Shown: positions 12,801 through 24,800 of the stretch, piece by piece
How the letters are laid out: each line of letters begins with the position of its first letter
Position numbering within the stretch: position 1 is the first letter of the stretch
NCBI RefSeq assembly: GCF_031769215.1
Contig: NW_026782003.1
Span: 4,154,001 to 4,218,000, forward strand
Origin: Ylistrum balloti
Lineage: Eukaryota
Direction: 5' to 3'
DNA: 64,000 bases
Translations under genes and position numbers: made by a program
Notes under the pieces: model-generated
Told to the model about the DNA's origin: nothing
What the model saw: the letters and a program-made list of their open reading frames with translations, nothing else
Database searches by the model: none

Positions 12801-15800
12801 TGGATTTGATGGTTTCCATTGTCAATGGTATTTTGTGCTGTTTCGGCTGCCATTAAACTCCTGTTATGCGAGAAGGAAAGGCTTATAAACCAGTCTTTAC
12901 ATTTGGACATTCAGATTTTGACCTGTCATCAGCTCTTTCTGTGGTGTTGAGCCATAAATCTAGCTGGCTTACAGTGGATTAGTGAACTCCGAAGTGAGTA
13001 GCGACCTGCTGTTGAGTGTTACCTTCAATTAGCATTTCAAGAGCACATCCTCTCTCAAGTTGGGATAGCTGTGGCATATTTGACTTGGGCTTTTTAAGAG
13101 TGACCTTGACCTGTAATCTGGCAACTTCTCATTAGATTCTGGCCATCATTGCTTGATAGGTCCATAAGAAAATATTTGTCAGTAAAATAATTCAAATTTG
13201 ACCTTGACCTTTCAATGATGACCTTGACCTGTGATCAGGTGACTTTTCATTTGGTTACAGTCAAGTATGTTTCATTACATCATAAAGAATTATTTATTAG
13301 TAACATCTAGAAAAACATTTTTGTGCTGTTGAATCCGATTTCTATTTCTAGAAATGATGACCTTGACCTTTGACCTCTGAACATTGAAAATCATTGGAGA
13401 GCTAGCAGTAGGAATCAATGGAGGGAGTCTGAGTATGATTATTCAAACAGAACTGAGGATATTATGTAGAAAAAACAATTTTCTATTTACAGTTATAGTG
13501 ACCTTCCTTCAAAAAAGCATCGGGTAAAATTTGAGTGGCCCTAAAGAACTTGAGACATTGTGCTGAAAGTATGGACAGGCAGAACATACTCATTCAAGTA
13601 TACTTGCAGGTTGCATTAATAGTTCATTCAGTACACAGACTAACCAATCTGATAGCTATGGGAAACAGCATTACCGACATGGGGCCCTAATTATAAGTAA
13701 GTCATATTTTGAGATAAAACAATATCTTTATTTAAACTATAAAGAATATACAACGTACTATACATCAGGATAAACATAAGATATTGTAGTACATAATTCC
13801 AGTGTACTGGCAAGAAATTAAAATCCTAGTAAAAATTTATTCAAACCAAAATATTCAAGGTATTCAACAGAATGAAAGAACATCAACCGATGTAGCTTTA
13901 ACTTAATATCACTCTGGTAATTAAAATATATACTCAATTACACTTCTGTATTACCTATAATATAAAATATTTTTGTACCCAATGTTCCTGCTGAAATATA
14001 CCCATTAAGGACCCAATCATAGATAAAGAAAGGTACCTTTTGAGGCAATGTACATTATTTACATTTTAAGCCTGCCATATCAGGTACTCCATTTTCCTCC
14101 TCGAGTCCTAATCTGTCTGGCCACTAAGAGCATTGAATATACAAGGTAAGTTAATATAACTCACAAATATTGTAAATTAACAAAAAGTCTGTATTTAATC
14201 CTTAGATAATAACATAAATGAAAGACGTTATTATAAGTACAGGGGTAATGTACATATATTGTCTCACAGCTGATGATAGAGTATGACCTTATATGGTAAT
14301 ATCTGTACGTATGGCAGTGGATGGTCAAGAAACGTAAACATAACAAACATTTGCTAAAATCTGGACTTAATGTTGTGTTCAGCGATAATGACCTGTAAGA
14401 TCCCAGCTAAACCTTTAGCATGGAGACAGCAATTCAGTAAAGAAGAAAATTAATATTCCTTTTTCAAACATCTGAAGTATTGTTCTCTCTTCCTCTGGTT
14501 GGATGTGTTTCTTAAGAAGACTTGAAATAGATTTATGCAGAGTCTTAGAGTAAAATATACTGGAGAAAGTCCCCTAAGGTTTTTTTTAAGCTTTTTATGA
14601 AACTGAACAACTCACATCACAAGGCAAGTTTATGTGAAATTTGTCATAATTACCAGGCATGTATTGTAATCATAAAACAAGTATTTAATGTACCTTGAGA
14701 AGACAGAAAACTGAGATAAGTCTTTTCAATGGTATATGTTATAATATCTCGCCATCCTACATTTGCCATGACCCCTGACCTGTTACCATGGTAACCAGCG
14801 ATATCCTCTATTAACAGTGATCAGAATTGTAAGTACTTCTGACCCAAGATGTGACTTGGAAAGTAGGTCGCAGTTACCTACTTTAAAAACCAATGGTCAA
14901 GTTATGATATAGACAGTCTATACAGGCATATCACTTAAATGTCATTTTTCTTAAATATAAATGTGTGCTACATCTTGTGAAATATATAACAGCATATTCA
15001 AGCACCAGATGAAATGCGTAGTCAAGTAAATATAGTAATTCAATGTAATCCATTAGATATATATATATATATATATACTGTTGTGATAAAGGACACTTTT
15101 AAGAATTCCTGATATTTCACTGGTATATGTTATACAGTATCTGACCAACCTACACAGTTCACCACATACGATAAGAATCATAGAACAGTTCTAAATCACG
15201 CGCTGAGTATGTACAAGTCATACATAAATGTTTCAGACGTCTACTCTTTAATGGTTTATTTACATAACCTCCTTATCTTGACATCATAAACCAAACTATT
15301 CCAGAATGTCTGCCTAGTGCACCGAATCAACCTGTCAACCATGCAAGGTCATAGTCTGGTCCACTTGTCCATCATACTAGGTCACACCTTGGTCCACCTG
15401 TCCATCATCCTTGGGCACATCTAGCCACATGTCTTTAATCCGAGGTCACACCCTGATCCATCTGTCACCATCCAAGGTTAAATCTGGTATATCTGGTGGT
15501 GATCCAAGGCGACAATCTGGTCCTCCATTCCACAAAAACAGGTTCTCAACAACACCCTGATTCACCTGTCTTAAATCCAAGGTCATAATCTGGTCCATTT
15601 TTCAAGGTCACATACTAGTCCATAGTCCCAGGCCACACTCAGGTCCATCTGTCCACACCCAAAGGTCATACCCTAGAAGGCTGTCCCAAAACAACTCCTT
15701 TGTCCGCATAGCTATTCCTAAATATTATCGGTCTACCTAGTTGTCTGTACATATGTATGATATCACTTTGCGGAGATGTTGGTTTACGATTGTTATCATA

Positions 15801-18800
15801 CGGATTCCTTGGAAGAATATCAGTATTACTTTTACCACCTTCCTGAAAGTGATTTTGGTGGTGAGAATGACCACCTCTACCCCAGTTGGGCTGGTAGTAG
15901 TTATCTGCAAGGTTAGAAAAATGGGAATGAGATCGTAAATAGTCATGCTTGTGTCCATGTGGTTTCTCATCACTCTTATCCTTTTCATCATCAGAATCGA
16001 AAAACGGCATAGCTCTGTATTCATCTTCTTTCTTTTTTTCTAATTTCAAATATTCAGCAAAAGACCCACGTGGTTCCTCTCTTTCATCAGTGATTTCCCT
16101 CAGGTCAAGGCGAGGAACAGTGGGCTTGTTAGACTTGTCTGATTTCAGTTCTTTACTTTTCAGCTGTTTTATCTCCAGATCTGCCAACTCTAGATCCAAA
16201 CGATTAAGTTCTCTCTGATATTGTGATATAGTCACATTCTTGTGAGGTTCGCTACTACTTTGACCTTGGTTAGCTCCATGACCTTGAATAGGCCTCTGAC
16301 CATGGTAAAGACTATTTGGATAAGAACCATCGATGTGACTTAGCTGGTGTGCCACAGATGACTGATGGTCTGTGGTACTTTTCTTGCTTTCACTTAGCGA
16401 CAAACTATGTACAGAAGACTTCCGGGACCTCTCTCCATTATGACTTTTCTCAGACAATTGCTGCACAAGATGGCCATACTGTGCCTCAAATCTATCGAGT
16501 CTGTCATGGGGATCCCTCTGGGATGGAGCCTGTAATATGGGATTAAAGCTGACCCTAGGGTTAGTGTCTTTAGGGTATTGCCTACCTTCTCGGTCAGACT
16601 TCTTCCGGTTATGAAAGTTCTGTTCCTGTAGAAGCATCAGCTCTTTGTGTAGTCTTTCGTTCTCTATCTCCAGCATCTGTAGCTGGCCAAGATGGTCCTT
16701 CTTGTCTGTAACATACATATAACTGACCATTACTTACCAGTAATTCACCAACTTGTCTAGGCAAATGTGTTAGCATTCAGTTGACATATTTATTGAACTG
16801 TCGCACCTAATAAAAATATGAAGTTTGATACTTTAAGGAACTGGTTTTAATAATGCTTTCTTTTTCTAAGACAGCTTTTATTTTTATTTAAGAAATTTTA
16901 CTTAGCAAAAAATCAAACATATTTAAATACTGTCTTAATAAAATCAAAACCTTCTTACATAAAGTTCACCTGTATTGAACAATTATATACTACAAAACCA
17001 CTATCTAGACTCTCTTTTGTGTCTGTAATCTGCTTCATACCATCTTCCTTGTTTGTCTATGGATACCAATATCTTCTGCTCCACATATACAGGGTTGATA
17101 GTTACTGTTTGTTCCATGTCGTCTTTGTTAACAGTGTCTATAGCAATCAATGTTTGACAGTACATGTTAAATTACCTTTTTTATCTGGAGCCTGTTTCAT
17201 GCCATCCTCTATACTTTGAGCCTCAGCCTGCATCTGTGCCATCTGTGCCAGCACATCAGGATCATTACCACCATTTTGGAGATATGCCTGCCTCATTGCA
17301 CTGCAACATTATACAAACAGGATTTATTAGCTGTACTTAATTTTCTTTATTTGTTGTTGGGTTCATTACCCCAAGAACAAATATGGTGGTCATAGTTGGG
17401 GGTGGGGGTGGGGTGGGGGTGGAGTGGGGGTGAGGGTGGGGGGTGGGGTTGGGGGTGGGGTTGGGGGGGGGGGGTGGGTGAGTGGGGCTTTGTATGTAGC
17501 AGCTGGTTAAAGTGCTCTCCTTAGTTACTTTTCTAAAGTTACAAAAAACTTTCTAGAGCTAGTTTTCTTTTAACTTCTGAAAAAAAAACCCATCAAGATT
17601 GAAAAAAAATACCATTTACAACAAATTTTGTTGTGTAAATTCTTCATTTTATCCTATGACTTATAAAGCATTGCATTATCAATGGTGTGATATAAATGGT
17701 GAATCCAGCCTCCCACTGACCACAGACTAAGCAGGGATATCTTTTGTAGATTTTGTAAGTAAGTTTTATTAGCGTGCAGTGTGATGTACCCACCTGATCT
17801 CGGCCACCAGTGAGTTGCCATAGTATACAGGATAAACGTAAGACTTCCGGTCAGTGGCTGGCAATGCTGGGGGCTGGGGCTGTGTGGCCTTCTCTACCTC
17901 TCTAAAACACAGAAACAGGCTCATAAAAACTTGGTTAAGTCAGCCTCCATTATATACAGACACCTGTCTAGTATGTACACATTCCGTTATATACAGACAC
18001 CTGTCTAGTATGTACACATTCCGTTATATACAGACACCTGTCTAGTATGTACACACAGACACCTGTCTAGTATGTACACATGACGTTATATACAGATACC
18101 TGTCTAGTATGTACACATGACGTTATATACAGACACCTGTCTAGTATGTACACATTATGTTATATACAGACACCTGTCTAGTATGTACACATTCTGTTAT
18201 AAACAGACACCTGTCTAGTATGTACACATTCTGTTATATACAGACACCTGTCTAGTATGTACACGTTACATTAAATACAGAACCTCCCTTCTGTTGATGA
18301 TAACAGTAAAAACCTGTCTGTACCAACACCTCTGCATACAGACCCCTGGCCAGTCAGCAGTCCATCACTGATCATTATAGTGCAACAGTAACAACCTGAC
18401 TACAGCTGTCCAGTGTAACATTACAGCATATCAGTAACAAACTATGTTGATAACACACAGAAACATGTCTTTCTAACATTTCTCTATATGCACGTCATAT
18501 ACAAATTAACAAGATGTAATGTCAGTCAAATGTTAGTTAAGTCATGATTCACTAAAGAAGGCATATACAACTACCTGAAAGCTTAAGACTAAAAAATATT
18601 GATTCCAATTTTAAACATGTAGAGACACATAATGACTGATATACCAATATATATTCTATTAGCAATATTGATTTTAACAGATCCATGCGTACTTAATTTA
18701 TTTTACAGTTTCTGACAAGACAATATCTCAATTCATGTTTATCAATACCAAACAACTGGATCACCAAACTGAAGGCAGTGATTCCATGCCTTAGTGCACC

Positions 18801-21800
18801 CGAAGTTTCATAATGTGTTATGATCATGTATCATCTCTATTTTTGAAAGTTAATTTTATCGAAAAATAAGTAATATTTACAGCAATTTTTTTTTCATTTT
18901 AAAATTTAATATTTGTTTAATCTGAAGTACTGTTAGACTAAAGCACTATAGGGGTACTGATGATTGTGAAGCATTTGTTCATTTAGCATATCGGGGAACG
19001 AATGCTACTCTGAAATAATATATTATTGGATCAACTGCTAAGCAGATCCATCATGAAATATCACAACATTACACCTGAAAAAAAGATTAATTAATAAATA
19101 CAAGAATGATATACTAAATCTCTTGTAATATGATATTAACTACATTCTAGATAGATATATAATTAATAAAAGTTTACGTAACAAAACTAAACATTCTACA
19201 GATAAAATAAAACACAAAAACAAAAAATGTTAAAGTGACGCATGCAAATGAACTGATTAAACAAAAACTCTTGGTCAAACCTGAGCGGCCATGCCTGTAG
19301 TGGTTGGAAGCTTGGCTGATCCGAGACATGATGACTAGGGTAAGGATGACTAGAGTACGGGCAAAACTGACCAGGGTAAGTTTGATGGGAGGGTAAATAG
19401 CAACTATATTGGTCACCTGACTGTAGGAGTAGAGGTTTATATCCCTGCTGTCGCCCTCCAGAAGCCATTCTGTCCTTCATACTCTCCATGTGTCTACGGA
19501 GGTTTTTGTATCTATCTACAAGGCTCTGCTCTTCCGACTTTTGTTCAGAATCATTCAAATCATCAATTCCATCAGAGGTTTTATGATCCTTAAAATTTTG
19601 AATGCCATCTTGTATTACAGTACTCGGAGTGCGGAATTCCATTTTACTTGAAATTTCATGTAATGGGGACAAAATGTCTGCAGATTGAGCCAAAAGTCTT
19701 TCTGTAGTGTCTCTAGAGTCTGTTGTGATTCTACGGACTTCTGCAGAACAAGAATTACGAGATAGTTTTGAATGTGTTGTCTGTGATACTGGGGTGACCC
19801 TCCTAAGCTCTTTTCCGTTGCCTGCCAGTCCAGTCTGTAAACTTTCTTTCCCTCGACCAGTCACAATCATATCCACTGCTTTCTCAGAGTCTGGATCATC
19901 TAGGAGCTTGTTCTCCAATGCTTCCAGTATATTCATAGATGCCTCCATATTTTCAATGAGATTAGTTGCCTTGCTACACACAGGTATACAACAAAGGTTT
20001 TTATCTAGTTATAAGAAACATCTACAAATACTATTTCTTATAATTCAATCCATGATATATAAGTAAAAACTAGTAAATCTACAGATACAAAATCAGAGCA
20101 CAACAGAAAGATTACAAAATATTATATACTTTTGTTGTTAAAAGTTATTGTACTACAAACATTATACCTATGTAGGAATATTTAAATGGAATAAGCTGGA
20201 TTTAGAGATAAATATTACTAACATGAAGTTGACTCGTTGACCATGGATGTCATAAAGTTGCCTTCTGAGATCGTCCAGTGCCAGCTTGTTACGTTCCTCT
20301 TGGGCACGGAGTTCTGACAGAAGTTGTGTTGTATTATCTGTGGGTTGTGGTTTGCTTCCCTTGTTAGCCAGCTCCTCAAGACGTCGTCTAATATCTGTCA
20401 CAAAAAGTCAATCTTATTATTTTGCATTCTTGTATCACTATAAAAAATGAATACAAGTAGCACTTTCTTGAAGCTAACATATCTTTGACTGATCATTTTT
20501 CTCCAGTCATGTTTTGGAATATATTCCCTATCCTAACAACACCTATTTTACACCTCCCTGCCCTGATTACGCCTATCTTACACCTTCCTACCCTGATTAC
20601 ACCTATCTTATGACTCCCTTCTCTGATTACACCTATCTTACACCTCCCTACCCTGATTACACCTATCTTACACCTCCCTACCCTGACTACTCCTATCTTA
20701 CACCTCTCTACCCTGATTACACCTATCTTACACCTCCCTACCCTGATTACACCTATCTTACACCTCCCTACCCTGATTACACCTATCTTACACCTCCCTA
20801 CCCTGACTACACCTATCTTACACCTCCCTACCCTGATTACACCTATCTTACACCTCCCTACCCTGATTACACCTATCTTACACCTCCCTACCCTGATTAC
20901 ACCTATCTTACACCTCCCTACCCTAATTACACCTATCTTATACCTCCCTACCCTGACTACACCTATCTTACACCTCCCTACCCTAATTACACCTATCTTA
21001 CACCTCCCTACCCTGATTACACCTATCTTACACCTCCCTACCCTAACTACACCTATCTTACACCTCTCTACCCTGATTACACCTTCCTTACACCTCCCTA
21101 CCCTAACTACACCTATCTTACACCTCTCTACCCTGATTACACCTATCTTACACCTCCCTACCCTGATTACACCTATCTTACACCTCCCTACCCTGAATAC
21201 ACCTATCTTACACCTCCCTACCCTGATTACACCTATCTTACACCTCCCCACCCTGAATACACCTATCTTACACCTCCCTACCCTGATTACACCTATCTTA
21301 CACCTCCCTACCCTGATTACACCTATCTTACACCTCCCTACCCTAATTACACCTATCTTACACCTCCCTACCATGATAAAACCTATCCTACACCTCCCTA
21401 TCCTGAATACACCTATCTTACATCAAACAACTGGTATACCCACCAAATGTACCCTTACATGTATTCTCTGTCCCTTGAATCACCAGTAACTAAGTCTACC
21501 CTCTATCATCATGTACCCACCTTCCCGTTGTTTTTCCAGGTCTCGGTTTTTGATCTGGAGGTATTCCATCTGCCGACCATGGTTTTCTGCCAGTTGTTTG
21601 AGCTGGGAATCCTGGTTTGGATTATACCTCTGATAGTCCTACAACAGATAAACCTGGTTAGAATTGTACCTCTGATAGTCCCACAACTGATAAACCTGGT
21701 TAGGATTGTACCTCTGATAGTCCTACAACAGATAAACCTGGTTAGAATTGTACCTCTGATAGTTCTACAACAGATAAACCTGGTTAGAATTGTACCTCTG

Positions 21801-24800
21801 ATAGTCCTACAACAGATAAACCTGGTTAGAATTGTACCTCTGATAGTCCTACAACAGATAAACCTGGTTAGAATTGTACCTCTGATAGTTCTATAACAGA
21901 TAAACCTGGTTAGAATTGTACCTCTGATAGTCCCACAACTGATAAACCTGGTTAGGATTGTACCTCTGATAGTCCTACAACAGATAAACCTGGTTAGGAT
22001 TGTACCTCTGATAGTTCTACAACAGATAAACCTGGTTAGAATTGTACCTCTGATAGTCCTACAACAGATAAATCTGGTTAGAATTGTACCTCTGATAGTC
22101 CTACAACAGATAAACCTGGTTAGAATTGTACCTCTGATAGTTCTATAACAGATAAACCTGGTTAGAATTGTACCTCTGATAGTTCTATAACAGATAAACC
22201 TGGTTAGGATTGTACCTCTGATAGGTCTACAACAGATAAACCTGGTTAAGATTATACCTCTGATAGGTCTACAACAGATAAACCTGGTTAGGATTATACC
22301 TCTGATAGTCCTACAACAGATAAACCTGGTTAAGATTATACCTCTGATAGTCCTACAACAGATAAACCTGGTTAAGATTTTACCCCTGGTAGTCCAACAA
22401 CAGGTTAACCTGGTTAAGATTTCACCTCTGGTAGTCCTTCAACAGGTTAACCTCAATAAGATTGTACCTCTGATAATCTCAGAACAGAATTGAATCATGT
22501 CCTACTTCCAGTCAAAGATCAGAGAAGTACACATCCTTCAGTAGGATTTATAAGGCTAGTTTCATCAGTTCTTCACTTATATTCACTAACTTTTATTGGA
22601 GACAGAGTTTTCTTTTCCCAAACTTTCATTTTGTATTATCAGATCAGATTAATAGCAATGATTTAAAACTAATTGTAAAGCAAAGAATTTGCAACAGTTT
22701 AAGATATATATATTAATATTCCATTTGATACTCCTATCTTCAAGAACAAACAAACAAACAAACCTGTAACAAAGACTATGAAACCAGGGTTAGTGTGTTG
22801 ATATTTCATAACAGAGGAAATACCAGGCATGATGGTAATTAGTTAAACTTTATAATAATTTTTGTACAGAAAATAGCAAAGAAGGTATACCTGTATGACT
22901 TTAGTAAGGAAGGTAACAACTGAACACACCTTTATGACTTTAGTAAGGAAGGTAACACCTGAACACACCTGTATGATTTTAGTAAGGAAGGTAACAACTG
23001 AACACACCTGTATGACTTTAGTAAGGAAGGTAACACCTGAACACACCTGTATGACTTTAGTAAGGAAGGTAACATCTGAACACACCTTTATGACTTTAGT
23101 AAGGAAGGTAACATCTGAACACACCTGTATGACTTTAGTAAGGAAGGTAACACCTGAACACACCTGTATGACTTCAGTAAGGAAGGTAACACCTGAACAC
23201 ACCTGTATGACTTCAGTAAGGAAGGTAACACCTGAACACACCTTTATGACTTCAGTAAGGAAGGTAACACCTGAACACACCTGTATGACTTTAGTAAGGA
23301 AGGTAACACCTGAACACACCTGTATGACTTTAGTAAGGAAGGTAACACCTGAACACACCTGTATGACTTCAGTAAGGAAGGTAACACCTGAACACACCTG
23401 TATGACTTTAGTAAGGAAGGTAACACCTGAACACACCTTTATGACTTTAGTAAGGAAGGTAACATCTGAACACACCTTTATGACTTTAGTAAGGAAGGTT
23501 ACACCTGAACACACCTGTATATGACTTCAGTAAGGAAGGTAACACCTGAACACACCTGTATGACTTCAGTAAGGAAGGTAACACCTGAACACACCTGTAT
23601 GATTTTAGTAAGGAAGGTAACAACTGAACACACCTGTATGACTTTAGTAAGGAAGGTAACACCTGAACACAGCTTTATGACTTTAGTAAGGAAGGTAACA
23701 CCTGAACACACCTTTATGACTTTAGTAAGGAAGGTAACATCTGAACACACCTTTATGACTTCAGTAAGGAAGGTAACACCTGAACACACCTGTATGACTT
23801 CAGTAAGGAAGGTAACACCTGAACACACCTGTATGATTCTAGTAAGGAAGGTAACAACTGAACACACCTGTATGACTTTAGTAAGGAAGGTAACACCTGA
23901 ACACACCTTTATGACTTTAGTAAGGAAGGTAACACCTAAACACACCTTTATGACTTTAGTAAGGAAGGTAACATCTGAACACACCTTTATGACTTTAGTA
24001 AGGAAGGTTACACCTGAACACACCTGTATATGACTTCAGTAAGGAAGGTAACACCTGAACACACCTGTATGACTTCAGTAAGGAAGGTAACAACTGAACA
24101 CACCTGTATGACTTCAGTAAGGAAGGTAACAACTGAACACACCTGTATGACTTTAGTAAGGAAGGTAACACCTGAACACACCTGTATGACTTTAGTAAGG
24201 ACGGTAACACCTGAACACACCTGTATGACTTTAGTAAGGAAGGTAACACCTAAACACACCTTTATGACTTTAGTAAGGAAGGTAACACCTGAACACATCT
24301 TTATGACTTTAGTAAGGAAGGTAACACCTGAACACACCTGAACACACCTGTATGACTTTAGTAAGGAAGGCAACACCTGAACACACCTGTATGACTTTAG
24401 TAAGGAAGGTAACACCTGAACACACCTGTATGACTTTATTAAGGAAGGTAACACCTGAACACACCTGTATGACTCTAGTAAGGAAGGTAACACCTGAACA
24501 CACCTGTATTACTTTATTAAGGAAGGTAACACCTGAACACACCTGTATTACTTTATTAAGGAAGGTAATACCTGAACACACCTGTATGACTTTAGTAAGG
24601 AAGGCAACACCTGAACACACCTGTATGACTTTAGTAAGGAAGGTAACACCTGAACACACCTGTATGACTTTATTAAGGAAGGTAACACCTGAACACACCT
24701 GTATGACTTTAGTAAGGAAGGTAACACCTGAACACACCTTTATGACTTTAGTAAGGAAGGTAACACCTAAACACACCTTTATGACTTTAGTAAGGAAGGT

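Noticed and set aside
20493-21374. 293-aa - strand ORF (VGRCKIGVIR)n
   Set aside because: Reverse frame of the 30-bp array; lies between two well-defined exons that already join in phase
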